Origin: Acidimicrobiaceae bacterium
GTDB taxonomy: Bacteria > Actinomycetota > Acidimicrobiia > Acidimicrobiales > JACDCH01
Assembly: GCA_041166685.1 (NCBI GenBank)
Contig: JBEEGD010000242.1
Span: 1 to 34,610 of the forward strand
Direction: 5' to 3'
DNA length: 34,610 bases
A model generated the notes under the pieces. That model was not told where the DNA came from. It did not search any database and saw nothing but the letters and a program-made list of their open reading frames with translations. The translations under genes and the position numbers were made by a program. Of this stretch, positions 16,586 through 26,251 are shown in pieces (within the stretch, counting starts at the first letter, position 1; each line of letters opens with the position of its first letter).

Positions 16586-19318
16586 ATGGGTGTCTTCGAC
16601 CGCGTACTTCGATCGGGTGAGGGAAAGAAGGTCAGGGCTCTGGCGAGCCTGGTACCGGACATCAACGCGCTCGAGCCCGAGATGGAACGGCTGTCCGACG
16701 ATGGCCTGCGGGCCAAGACCGTCGAATTTCGTCAGCGCCTCGACCGCGGCGAAGACCTCGACGACCTGCTGATCGAGGCCTTCGCGGTCACCCGAGAGGG
16801 CGCGAAGCGCACGATCGGCCAGCGCCATTTTGATGTGCAGCTCATGGGAGGCGCCGCTCTGCACTTCGGCGGGGTCGCGGAGATGAAGACCGGAGAGGGC
16901 AAGACCCTCGTGTCGACGCTGCCGGCGTATCTCAACGGTGTGGCCGGCCGCGGCATGCACATCATCACCGTGAACGACTACCTGGCTTCCCGCGATGCCG
17001 ACTGGATGGGCCAGATCCACCGCCGGCTGGGGCTCACCATCGGCCTGATCATTCCGGGCGACTACGACAGCGACTACAAGCGAGCGCAGTACGCCTGCGA
17101 CATCACCTACGGCACGAACAACGAGTTCGGCTTCGACTACCTGCGAGACAACATGGCGTTGTCGCTCGATCAGAAGACACAGCGCGGGCACGTCTTCGCG
17201 ATCGTCGACGAGGTCGACTCGATTCTCATCGACGAAGCGCGTACGCCGCTCATCATCAGCGGCCGGGTCTCTGACGCGGCGAAGCTCTATTACAAGTTCG
17301 CATCCGTCGTTCGCGGGTTGCATCGCGACGAGGACTACGAAGTCGACGAAGAGAAACGGATCGTCGCTCCGCTCGAGCCCGGTATCGAGAAGGTCGAGGC
17401 CGCGCTCGGTGTCGAGAACCTCTACGACGGCGTGGCCCAAAACCTCGTGCACCAACTGTCGGCCGCCCTGAAGGCCAAAGAGCTCTACAAGCGGGACAAG
17501 GACTACATCATCCAGCACGGCGAGGTGAAGATCGTCGACGAGTTCACCGGCCGCGTCCTCGAAGGCCGGCGGTGGTCGGAAGGGCTGCATCAGGCGGTCG
17601 AGGCCAAAGAAGGCGTGCAGATCAAGGAGGAGAATCAGACCCTCGCGACGATCACGCTCCAGAACTACTTCCGCATGTACGAAAAGCTCTCGGGCATGAC
17701 CGGCACGGCGCAGACCGAAGCGTCCGAGCTGGCCAACACGTACGACCTCCAGGTCGTGCCGATCCCTACGAACCAGCCGGTTGTCCGTGAGGACTTCGCC
17801 GATCTCATCTACCGCACTGAAGACGCCAAGTATTCGTCGGTCGTCGACGATCTCGTCGAGCACTACGAGACGGGCCAGCCGGTTCTCGTCGGCACGATCT
17901 CGGTCGAGAAGTCCGAGAAGCTCAGCCGCCTCCTCGAAAAGCGCGGCATCAAGCACGAAGTACTGAACGCGAAGCAGCACACGCGTGAAGCGCAGATCGT
18001 GGCGCAAGCGGGCCGGCTGCACTCGATCACCGTGGCGACGAACATGGCCGGCCGAGGCGTCGACATCATCCTCGGCGGCAATCCGGAGGGTCTGGCTCGT
18101 CGCGATGTGATCGCGGAAGGGCTCGAGCCCGACAGCGAAGAGGGCGCGGCTCGCTACGAGAGTCTGCTGCCGAAGTACGAGGCAGAGACCAAGGCTGAGG
18201 GCGACAAGATCCGTGAGCTCGGAGGCCTGTACGTGCTCGGCACCGAGCGTCATGAGAGCCGCCGCATCGACAACCAGCTGCGTGGCCGTTCGGGTCGCCA
18301 AGGTGATCCGGGTTCGAGCCGCTTCTACCTCTCGCTCGAAGACGAGCTCATGCGCATCTTCGCCACTGGCGCCATGAACTGGGTGATGACCAAGGCGATG
18401 GACGACGACATGCCCATCGAGGCGCGCATGGTCACCAAGGCCATCGAGCGGGCGCAGAACACCGTCGAGCAGCGCAACGCGGAGATCCGCAAGAACGTTC
18501 TCAAGTACGACGAAGTGATGAACGAGCAGCGCAAGGTCATCTACCGGCGCCGCGATCAGATCCTCGAAGGTGCCGACCTGCGTGAGGAGGCGATTCAGTA
18601 CCTGGCCGACGCCGTCGAATCGTTGATCTCCGCCTACTGCGTCTCGGACTACGCCGAAGAGTGGGATCTCGCGGGGCTCGTCGCCGAGGTCGCGACCTAC
18701 TGGCCGACGAACATGACGGCCGACCACATGGCGATCGAGTGCAAGACCACTGACGAGCTCTACGAGCAGCTCATGGGTGAAGCCCAGGGCTACTACGAGC
18801 ACCGAGAGGAAGAGATCGGCTCAGAGCTCATGCGCCAGGTCGAGCGCCAGATCATGTTGCAGATCATCGACACCAAGTGGCGTGAGCACCTTTACGAGAT
18901 GGACTACCTGCAAGAGGGCATCCATCTGCGGGCGATGGGCCAGAAGGATCCGCTCGTCGAATGGCAGCGCGAGGGATTCGACATGTTCGGGCAGATGATG
19001 CACGGCATCGCCCAGGACTTCGTGAAGTATGTGATGCACGCGCAGGTCACGGTCGCGCAGGAGCACAGTGTTTCCGCGCCGCAAGTGTCGAACGTGAGCT
19101 ACTCCGCACCGGAGGACCCGTCGACCGCGGGCTCGACGCTCGGCGCCGCAGCCGCGCTCCAGGCGGCGGCGGAGGAGGGTGCTCCCGCGGCACCTCCGGC
19201 GGTCGAGGAGGAAGTGGTGAACGTACCGGTCGTGAAGACCGAGTGGGACAAGACACCCCGCAATGCGCCGTGCCCGTGTGGCAGCGGCAAAAAGTTCAAG
19301 ATGTGCCACGGGCGCTGA
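16586..19318 (+). CDS. secA: Preprotein translocase subunit SecA
   Basis: MKTGEGKT, DEVDSILIDEARTPLIISG, TNMAGRGVDI, HESRRIDNQLRGRSGRQGD, SEC-C motif CPCGSGKKFKMCH. Confidence 0.99.
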   Translation: MGVFDRVLRSGEGKKVRALASLVPDINALEPEMERLSDDGLRAKTVEFRQRLDRGEDLDDLLIEAFAVTREGAKRTIGQRHFDVQLMGGAALHFGGVAEMKTGEGKTLVSTLPAYLNGVAGRGMHIITVNDYLASRDADWMGQIHRRLGLTIGLIIPGDYDSDYKRAQYACDITYGTNNEFGFDYLRDNMALSLDQKTQRGHVFAIVDEVDSILIDEARTPLIISGRVSDAAKLYYKFASVVRGLHRDEDYEVDEEKRIVAPLEPGIEKVEAALGVENLYDGVAQNLVHQLSAALKAKELYKRDKDYIIQHGEVKIVDEFTGRVLEGRRWSEGLHQAVEAKEGVQIKEENQTLATITLQNYFRMYEKLSGMTGTAQTEASELANTYDLQVVPIPTNQPVVREDFADLIYRTEDAKYSSVVDDLVEHYETGQPVLVGTISVEKSEKLSRLLEKRGIKHEVLNAKQHTREAQIVAQAGRLHSITVATNMAGRGVDIILGGNPEGLARRDVIAEGLEPDSEEGAARYESLLPKYEAETKAEGDKIRELGGLYVLGTERHESRRIDNQLRGRSGRQGDPGSSRFYLSLEDELMRIFATGAMNWVMTKAMDDDMPIEARMVTKAIERAQNTVEQRNAEIRKNVLKYDEVMNEQRKVIYRRRDQILEGADLREEAIQYLADAVESLISAYCVSDYAEEWDLAGLVAEVATYWPTNMTADHMAIECKTTDELYEQLMGEAQGYYEHREEEIGSELMRQVERQIMLQIIDTKWREHLYEMDYLQEGIHLRAMGQKDPLVEWQREGFDMFGQMMHGIAQDFVKYVMHAQVTVAQEHSVSAPQVSNVSYSAPEDPSTAGSTLGAAAALQAAAEEGAPAAPPAVEEEVVNVPVVKTEWDKTPRNAPCPCGSGKKFKMCHGR

Positions 19319-19321
19319 AGT

Positions 19322-20437
19322 GTGCGCGACTTCAGCGACGACATAGCTGAACTGCGGCGACGACTCGACGAGGCGGCGCAGTACCTGGGCATCGAGGACC
19401 TTCGCCATCGGCGACCGCAGCTCGAGACGGAAGCGTCGCGTCCTGATCTCTGGGACGACCAGGAGCTCGCCAAGAAGATCACGGGCGAGCTTTCGTCCGC
19501 CATCGCCGACATCGAGCTGCACGAAGGATTGGTGCGGCAACTCGACGACGCCGAGACGCTCGGCGAGATGGCGCGCGAGGAAGGCGACGAGAGCCAAGTC
19601 CCCGAAGTCGAAGCCACGCTGGCCGCGGTTGCGGCGAAACTCGACGAGCTCGAACTGCGCTCGTTGTTCTCCGGTGAGCACGACGAAGTCGACGCGCTCT
19701 GCACGCTGTCGTCGGGGGAGGGGGGCGCCGACGCGCAGGACTGGACCGAGATGCTCTACCGCATGTACGTGCGCTGGGCGCAGCGTCACGGCTTCGTCGT
19801 CGAGGAGGAGGATTCCACGCCCGGGAGCGAAGCCGGGCTGTCATCCGTCGAGTTCGTCGTCAAGGGCCGCTACGCGTATGGATGGTTGAAGGCGGAACGC
19901 GGCGTGCATCGGCTGGTGCGCATGAGCCCGTTCAACGCTCAGGGGAAACGCCAAACCGCGTTCGCGGCTTTGTCGGTGGTTCCCCTGCTGCACGAGGGCG
20001 ACATCAACATCGACATCGACGAGGCCGATGTCGAGATGCAGGTCTTCCGCTCATCGGGCGCCGGAGGCCAGCACGTGAACAAGACCAGCTCAGCGGTCCG
20101 GTTGATCCACAAGCCGACCGGTATCGCGGTGTCGTGTCAGGTCGAGCGCAGCCAGCTTCAGAACCGGGCGAAGGCGATGACGATGCTCAAGGCCCGCCTG
20201 GCGGACCTCGAGCGCCAGAAACGCGAGGAGGAATTGGTCGCGATCCAGGGCGAGCAGCAACGCGTTGGCTTCGGCAGCCAGATTCGCAGCTACGTGCTCC
20301 AGCCGTACCAGCTGGTGAAGGACTTGCGCACTGACCACGAGACGGGCAACTTCGAAGGCGTGCTCGACGGTGATCTCGACCCGTTCATCGAGGCCTACCT
20401 GCGCTGGCAGCGCGCCGCGGGAAGCACGACCAACTAG
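19322..20437 (+). CDS. prfB: Peptide chain release factor 2
   Basis: GVHRLVRMSPF (SPF), GAGGQHVN, QIRSYV; uninterrupted ORF. Confidence 0.97.
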   Translation: MRDFSDDIAELRRRLDEAAQYLGIEDLRHRRPQLETEASRPDLWDDQELAKKITGELSSAIADIELHEGLVRQLDDAETLGEMAREEGDESQVPEVEATLAAVAAKLDELELRSLFSGEHDEVDALCTLSSGEGGADAQDWTEMLYRMYVRWAQRHGFVVEEEDSTPGSEAGLSSVEFVVKGRYAYGWLKAERGVHRLVRMSPFNAQGKRQTAFAALSVVPLLHEGDINIDIDEADVEMQVFRSSGAGGQHVNKTSSAVRLIHKPTGIAVSCQVERSQLQNRAKAMTMLKARLADLERQKREEELVAIQGEQQRVGFGSQIRSYVLQPYQLVKDLRTDHETGNFEGVLDGDLDPFIEAYLRWQRAAGSTTN

Positions 20438-20449
20438 TGACCCTGACCG

Positions 20450-20497
20450 AATTCCCACTCAGACGTACACAGTTCTGTGTATGTCTGAGTGGGATTT
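20450..20497. repeat. 48-nt palindromic repeat, TCCCACTCA family, copy 1
   Basis: AATTCCCACTCAGACGTACACAGTTCTGTGTATGTCTGAGTGGGATTT; 41/48 identical to the reverse complement of 34548..34595 (hand alignment). Confidence 0.85.
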
Positions 20498-20501
20498 GCC
20501 G

Positions 20502-21392
20502 ATGAAGCTCGGAGTGATCGCCGACCCGCACCTGTCGGTCCTGCGCGACGCGGCGGACGGATGGCACAACCCGTACCGGCTCCTGGATGCCCACGAACGG
20601 TTGGACGTGGCGCTGGCCGACCCGCTGCTCGCCGATGTCGACGTCTTCGTGCTGCTCGGAGACCTTGCCCATTTCGGTGATCGCGAGTCGCTCCGGCGGT
20701 GCGTCGACGGTGTGGCCAAGGCCCGACACGATCGCCCGGCCATCCTGCTCAGCGGCAATCACGACGTGATCGAGGCACGCGTGCGCCTCGAGCAGGAGAT
20801 CGCCGAACTCGGCGATCCGGATCTGGTCTCGCCACTTGCGTGGCCGGAGACCTCACGAGCCACAGAGGTGTTCCGCGAGCAAGGCTTCGGGCTGCAGGTG
20901 CATGAGGTGATGGCGTTGTCCGACCGCAGAGTCGAGCCATTCGACGTCAGCGCTCACACCATGAACGCCGACGGGCCTGAAGGTCACGTCGTTCTCACCC
21001 ACTTCCCGGTCCTGTCGTTCGAGCAGCGCGCCCGCGACGCACAGCTGCTGTACTCGGCCCACCTCTCGCAACTGGCCCCATCGGTCGGTCCGCTGCCTGG
21101 CGACGGTCCCGTGGTGGTGCTCAGCGGCCATCTCCACCTGCGGGGCGTGACGCACGAGGATGACGTCCTGCAACTGGCCTTCGCCGCGCTGGTCGAGCCG
21201 CCGTACGAGCTGGCGCGGGTCGAGCTGGAGCCGCGCCACGAGGCCGGCGAGGAGGGCTTGGACGTTGCCTATCAGTGCGTTTCCGCTCGACCGCCTGATG
21301 CGGAGAAACTGCCGATTCTGGATCCGGCGGCCGGCCGTTGGCGCTGGCAGGCCGGTCGGGGGTGGCACCAGCCGCCGCAGGCCCACTGGTAA
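20502..21392 (+). CDS. Calcineurin-like metallophosphoesterase
   Basis: MKLGVIADPH, LGDL, GNHD, THFP, SGHLH motifs. Confidence 0.85.
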   Translation: MKLGVIADPHLSVLRDAADGWHNPYRLLDAHERLDVALADPLLADVDVFVLLGDLAHFGDRESLRRCVDGVAKARHDRPAILLSGNHDVIEARVRLEQEIAELGDPDLVSPLAWPETSRATEVFREQGFGLQVHEVMALSDRRVEPFDVSAHTMNADGPEGHVVLTHFPVLSFEQRARDAQLLYSAHLSQLAPSVGPLPGDGPVVVLSGHLHLRGVTHEDDVLQLAFAALVEPPYELARVELEPRHEAGEEGLDVAYQCVSARPPDAEKLPILDPAAGRWRWQAGRGWHQPPQAHW

Positions 21393-21478
21393 CCTCTCCG
21401 CTCGAAGCGTGTGGATGCGGAGCGTCCCGCTTCGCGCCTCGCGACGTCTAGTCCGAGTCCCTGGATAGCAGCCTCGTC

Positions 21479-22156
21479 ATGATCAAACTCGAGAACGTCA
21501 CCAAGGTCTACAAGGGCGATGTCGTCGCGCTCCGTGACGCCAGCGCGGACATCCAGAAGGGTGAGTTCGTCTTCCTGGTCGGTCCGTCAGGGTCCGGCAA
21601 GTCGACGATGCTGCGCCTGCTGAACAAGGAGGAAGATCCCGAGCGCGGCCGCATCTTCGTCGCCGGCAAGGACATCGGTCAGCTCAGCCACTGGAAGGTG
21701 CCCTACCTGCGCCGCAACATCGGCTCGGTCTTTCAGGACTTCAAGCTCCTCTTGAACAAGAACGTGTACGAGAACGTGGCATTCGCCCTCGAGGTGATCG
21801 GGCGGCCCAAGCATGTGATCAAGACGCAGGTCCCGGCCATCCTCGAGCTCGTCGGCCTGGCCAAGAAGATGGACAACCTGCCCCACGAGCTCTCCGGTGG
21901 TGAGCAGCAGCGGGTGTCGATCGCTCGAGCCTTCGTGAACCGGCCGCTCATCCTGCTGGCCGATGAGCCAACCGGGAACCTCGATCCGACAACGTCGGTG
22001 GGCATCATGCGCCTCCTCGACCGGATCAACCGAACAGGAACCACCGTCGTGATGGCCACGCACGATCGGAGCATCGTCGACACGATGCGCCGCCGGGTCA
22101 TCGAGCTCGACCGCGGAGTGATCGTGCGCGACCAGTCCCGCGGCGTCTACGAGTAA
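21479..22156 (+). CDS. ftsE: Cell division ATP-binding protein FtsE
   Basis: [33 protein letters not shown]; upstream of ftsX. Confidence 0.96.
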   Translation: MIKLENVTKVYKGDVVALRDASADIQKGEFVFLVGPSGSGKSTMLRLLNKEEDPERGRIFVAGKDIGQLSHWKVPYLRRNIGSVFQDFKLLLNKNVYENVAFALEVIGRPKHVIKTQVPAILELVGLAKKMDNLPHELSGGEQQRVSIARAFVNRPLILLADEPTGNLDPTTSVGIMRLLDRINRTGTTVVMATHDRSIVDTMRRRVIELDRGVIVRDQSRGVYE

Positions 22157-22162
22157 GGAAAC

Positions 22163-23053
22163 ATGGCACTCAAACTCGATTACGTCGTACGTGAGACGGG
22201 CACCAACCTCCGCCGCAACCTCACGCTCAGCTTCGCAACGATGATCACGATCGCGATCGCGCTCACGCTCGTCGGAGCGGCGCTGCTCATGAAGCAGGGT
22301 GTCGCGAAGTCGAACGTCCGCTTCCACGGTGACATCCAGACGATCGTGTACATGAAAGCGAACGCGTCACAGGACCAAGTCGACGCCGTCGGCCGGTCCC
22401 TCGACCAGAACCCACACGTCCAGTTGACCAGTTACCTCGACCACGACGCGGCTTACAAGGAGTTTCGCGAGCTGTTCTTCGACCAGCCGGCCATCGCCAA
22501 CAGTCTCACGCCGCCTGACACGCCGACGAGCTACAAGGTGAAGCTGAAAGACGCGAACTTCGAAGTGGTGCAGGCGCTGCACGATCAGTTCGTCAAGCTC
22601 CCCGGCGTCTACGAGGTCGTCGCGCCGAGCGACGCGGTGAAGCGACAGGAAGACAGCTTCTCCAAGTTCAGCAACTTCGCATTGGTCGTGGCTGTCGTCG
22701 TTGGGGGCACCTCGCTGGTGCTCATCGTCAACTCGATCCGCATCGCCATGTTCGCCCGCCGTCGGGAGATCGAGGTGATGAAACTCGTGGGCGCCACGAA
22801 CTGGTTCATCCGCATCCCGTTCATGGCCGAAGGCTTGGTGCAGGGCATTCTCGGCAGCGCGGTCGGGATCGGCACCGTGGCCGCCCTGCGATCGTGGATG
22901 CTGCCCACATTGGTGTCAGGTGGGGGCATTTGGACCGGTTTTCACATTGACGTGGCCGACCTTCGGGGCACGTCGTACGTGCTGATCGGCGCTGGCGCGC
23001 TGGTCGGCATCTTCGGATCAGCGGTCGCCGCTACCCGGTTCCTCGACGTGTAG
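22163..23053 (+). CDS. ftsX: Cell division permease FtsX
   Basis: TM1, extracellular domain, then RRREIEVMKLVGATNWFIRIPFMAEG. Confidence 0.95.
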   Translation: MALKLDYVVRETGTNLRRNLTLSFATMITIAIALTLVGAALLMKQGVAKSNVRFHGDIQTIVYMKANASQDQVDAVGRSLDQNPHVQLTSYLDHDAAYKEFRELFFDQPAIANSLTPPDTPTSYKVKLKDANFEVVQALHDQFVKLPGVYEVVAPSDAVKRQEDSFSKFSNFALVVAVVVGGTSLVLIVNSIRIAMFARRREIEVMKLVGATNWFIRIPFMAEGLVQGILGSAVGIGTVAALRSWMLPTLVSGGGIWTGFHIDVADLRGTSYVLIGAGALVGIFGSAVAATRFLDV

Positions 23054-23063
23054 TGCCGAATCC

Positions 23064-23092
23064 CTAAGAATCGCTTCCGGTTCGACCGATAT
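23064..23092 (+). promoter_or_regulatory. Putative sigma-28/WhiG-type promoter
   Basis: CTAAGA-N15-ACCGATAT upstream of the GGAGG SD of the stand-alone receiver gene. Confidence 0.5.
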
Positions 23093-23124
23093 TTCAGCGA
23101 GAAGACCGGAGGAGGCTGGGCGCG

Positions 23125-23499
23125 ATGCCTTCAGCTGTGGTGTGTGATGACGATCTCATGAGCCGCCAAGTCGTGCGCGGTCTGTTGATCGACGCCGGGT
23201 TCGAGGTCATCGGCGAGGTGGACATGGCCGTCGCCGCCCTCGACCTCGTCAGCGTTACCAGGCCGGACCTCCTTGTGCTCGACGTGAACATGCCGGGCCT
23301 CTCGGGCCTCGACATCATCCGCGACGTCAACGAGCGCACCCCCGCAACGCGGATCATCGTGATCTCGGCCTACGACGTCGACCACCTCGACGAGCTCGAG
23401 CTCGGTGTGGCGGCAGTGTTGCCGAAGACTGATCTCGTCCGCTTCGACGAGGTGGTGGCCGCCGTCATGGCCGAGTCGGGGACCACCCCGGCCAGCTGA
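23125..23499 (+). CDS. Single-domain (CheY-like) response regulator
   Basis: VCDDD, PDLLVLDVNMPGLSG, ISA, LPK; no output domain; GGAGG SD. Confidence 0.88.
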   Translation: MPSAVVCDDDLMSRQVVRGLLIDAGFEVIGEVDMAVAALDLVSVTRPDLLVLDVNMPGLSGLDIIRDVNERTPATRIIVISAYDVDHLDELELGVAAVLPKTDLVRFDEVVAAVMAESGTTPAS

Positions 23500-23529
23500 T
23501 CGAGGCGTGGTTCGGGCCATGATGGCCCG

Positions 23530-24374
23530 ATGGAGTACAGCGAGATCACCTATGAGGTCGACAGTCGCGTTCTGACGATCACGCTCGACCGTCCCGACCG
23601 TCTCAACGCATTCACGTACCGGATGCACGAAGAGCTGCTCGACGCCTTCGATCGCGTCGATGCCGACGATGACGTGCGGGTGGTGGTCGTCACCGGTCGG
23701 GGCCGCGGTTTCTGTGCTGGCGTCGATCTCGGCGAAGGCGGCGGGACCTTCGACAGTCAGACACCCCGGCCGGTGAACACCGGGACGAGGGTGGCCTGGT
23801 CGCGCTGCGCATCTTCCAGTGCACGAAGCCCGTGATCGCGGCCGTCAACGGTCCGGCGGTCGGAGTCGGCGTGACGATGACGTTGCCCATGGATATTCGC
23901 CTCGCCTCAGAGAGCGCCCGCTTCGGTTTCGTGTTCGCCCGGCGCGGCATCGTCCCTGAGGCGGCGTCGTCCTGGTTCCTGCCGCGCGTCGTTGGGATCA
24001 ACAGGGCAACCGAATGGACGTTCACCGGTCGCGTCTTCCCCGCCGAAGAAGCGTTGGCTGGCGGTCTCGTGCGTTCAGTACACGCCGCAGACGAGTTGCT
24101 TCCCGCGGCGTATGGCATCGCCCGCGAGATCGTCGACAACACATCAGCCGTCTCGGTCGCGCTGACGCGTCAGATGCTGTGGCGCATGCTGGGCGAGCCG
24201 CATCCGATGTCGGCGCACCGCGTCGACTCTCGGGCGATCAACTACATGGGCGCGTCACCCGACGCCCGCGAAGGCGTGGTGTCGTTCCTCCAGAAGCGCC
24301 CCGCCGAGTTCACGATGCGCCCGAGCGCCGACATGCCCGACTTCTATCCCTGGTGGAACGAACCCGAGTTCTAA
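23530..24374 (+). pseudogene. Enoyl-CoA hydratase/crotonase-family gene with one frameshift (pseudogene or sequence error)
   Basis: Frame 1 gives ITLDRPDRLNA...FCAGVDL...GGTFD. Homology continues in the -1 frame from about 23757-23769: AGEHRDEGGLVALRIFQCTKPVIAAVNGPAVGVG... Confidence 0.85.
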
Positions 24375-24381
24375 CCCTCGG

Positions 24382-24428
24382 TTCTGGCGTCACTCGCCCC
24401 GGCATTCACCGGGCGGATGACGCCAGAA
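24382..24428. repeat. Imperfect palindrome, TCTGGCGTC family
   Basis: TTCTGGCGTCA-ctcgcCCCGG-cattca-CCGGGcgga-TGACGCCAGAA. Confidence 0.75.
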
Positions 24429-24440
24429 TGGAATGGATCC

Positions 24441-25325
24441 ATGCCCGCTGACGACATGCCTGCCGCGGAGGTCGACGTCAGTGCTGCCGTGGTGCGCCGC
24501 TTGTTGGAGCAACAGCTTCCCGACCTCGCCGAGCTCGAGCTCGTCGAGCTTGCGTATGGATGGGACAACGCCATCTTCCGGCTCGGCGACGAGCTCACCG
24601 TTCGACTTCCTCGGCGAGCGCTGGCGGCGGACCTGGTCGAGCACGAGCAACGATGGCTGCCCGAGCTGGCCAAGAGGTTGCCGCTGCCGATCCCGTCACC
24701 GGTGCGAATCGGTCGTCCCACCGATCGTTATCCGTGGTCGTGGAGCGTGTGCCCGTGGTTCCCGGGAGTCGTCGCGACGCGAGCGGCCCCCGACGATCCG
24801 TTCGAGGCCGCCGAGACGCTCGGAGCCTTTCTCGCAGCGCTGCACCACGAGGCGCCGATCGACGCGCCCGCGAACCCCTACCGAGGCGTGCCGTTGCAGG
24901 AACGGGACGATGTCGTCCGCCAGCGAGCCAAGCAGGTCGCCGACCTGATCGACGCGCCGACTGTCGTGAAGCGCTGGTCCGAACTCGCCGCAACTCGACC
25001 GTGGGGCGGACCGCCGTTGTGGCTCCACGGCGACCTTCATCCCGCGAACGTGCTGGTGCATGAAGGCCGGATCTCGGCCGTGATCGATTTCGGGGATATC
25101 ACGGCGGGCGATCCGGCAACCGATCTCGCAGTGGCGTGGATGCTGTTTCCTGCCGAGGCGCGTCCGACGTTTCGCATGGCGGCCGGCGACGTCGACGAGG
25201 ACACTTGGCTTCGAGCCCGTGGCTGGGCGTTGTCGCTCGCACTCGCGTACCTGGCGAGCTCTGCCGACAACCCGATGTTTGCCAGCCTCGGTGAACGCGT
25301 ACTGGAGGCCGTGCTGGCGGACTAG
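24441..25325 (+). CDS. Aminoglycoside phosphotransferase-like (APH/ChoK) kinase
   Basis: GWDNAIFRLG, VRLPRR, HGDLHPANVL, IDFGD, GDPATDLA. Substrate unknown. Confidence 0.9.
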   Translation: MPADDMPAAEVDVSAAVVRRLLEQQLPDLAELELVELAYGWDNAIFRLGDELTVRLPRRALAADLVEHEQRWLPELAKRLPLPIPSPVRIGRPTDRYPWSWSVCPWFPGVVATRAAPDDPFEAAETLGAFLAALHHEAPIDAPANPYRGVPLQERDDVVRQRAKQVADLIDAPTVVKRWSELAATRPWGGPPLWLHGDLHPANVLVHEGRISAVIDFGDITAGDPATDLAVAWMLFPAEARPTFRMAAGDVDEDTWLRARGWALSLALAYLASSADNPMFASLGERVLEAVLAD

Positions 25326-26239
25326 GCCAGTGCAGCCTTCAACCGGGAAATCGCGAGCTCCACGGCCTCGTTCGCCGCCGGGGTGATGGAGCCGAGGCCG
25401 AAGAAGCCGTGGATCTGGCCGTCGAAGCGGCGTGACTCGACATCAACGCCGGCGTCGCGAAGCCGTTCGCCGTAGGCCTCACCCTCGTCGCGCAACGGGT
25501 CGAACTCTGCCGTGAGGAGCAGCGCGGGAGCGACACCGCGTACGTCGTCCGCGTGGAGCGGCGAAACGCGCGGGTCCTTGGCTTCTGCGCCCCCGCTCAG
25601 GTAGTGGCCGATGAACCAATCCATCGAGTCGCGCGTCAAGAAGTAGCCCTCGGCGTTCTCGTCGTAGGAGGACGACGACATCGTGCAGTCGGTCACGGGA
25701 TAGACGAGCAGCTGGTACCGCAACGGGAGTCCCACATCGCGCGCCTGCAGCGCCGCTACTGCTGCCAGATTGCCGCCGGCGCTGTCGCCGCCGACCGCGA
25801 CCCGAGACGGATCGCCACCGAGGGACGCCGCGTTGTCCACGATCCACTGCAACCCGGTGAAGCATTCGTCGGGTCCCGCGGGGAAGGGACGCTCTGGAGC
25901 GAGGGCGTACTCGACCGACACGACGAGGGCGCCGGTGCCCTCGGCGAGCCTGCGGCACGTGCGGTCGGCCGTCTCGAGATCACCGATCACGAAGCCACCA
26001 CCGTGGTACCAGACGAGGATCGGAAGCGTGTCGCTCGTCGACGACGCGTAGATACGCGCCGGGATGCTGCCGGCAAGCGTGATGTCCTCGACCCGCGCGA
26101 CTTCTATCGGGTCGTCGTCGAGCATCGCGACCAACTGCAGCATTTGTCGGCCCTGTTCGACGCCTGCCTCTCGCAACGTCGGGCCTCCGGCCTCGGCCAG
26201 TTGATCGAGCAGTGCCCTCAGCGTTGGATCGAGCGGCAT
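25322..26239 (-). CDS. Alpha/beta hydrolase, HSL-family esterase/lipase
   Basis: HGGGF, GDSAGG, DPLRDEG, HGF. Confidence 0.94.
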   Translation of the reverse strand: MPLDPTLRALLDQLAEAGGPTLREAGVEQGRQMLQLVAMLDDDPIEVARVEDITLAGSIPARIYASSTSDTLPILVWYHGGGFVIGDLETADRTCRRLAEGTGALVVSVEYALAPERPFPAGPDECFTGLQWIVDNAASLGGDPSRVAVGGDSAGGNLAAVAALQARDVGLPLRYQLLVYPVTDCTMSSSSYDENAEGYFLTRDSMDWFIGHYLSGGAEAKDPRVSPLHADDVRGVAPALLLTAEFDPLRDEGEAYGERLRDAGVDVESRRFDGQIHGFFGLGSITPAANEAVELAISRLKAALA

Positions 26240-26251
26240 CGCGAGTTCCTC

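Noticed and set aside
16460-18802. 780-aa minus-strand ORF (and similar long ORFs at 11275..12453, 30583..31815 and 28692..29996)
   Set aside because: Antisense or off-frame shadows of secA, ahcY/YczE-like, GGDEF-EAL and EamA genes.
19322-19420. Programmed +1 frameshift in prfB
   Set aside because: The ORF is continuous and has no CTT-TGA site, as is normal for actinobacteria.
24441-25325. Calling the APH-like gene an aminoglycoside resistance gene
   Set aside because: Only generic APH/choline-kinase superfamily motifs are present; the substrate cannot be inferred.
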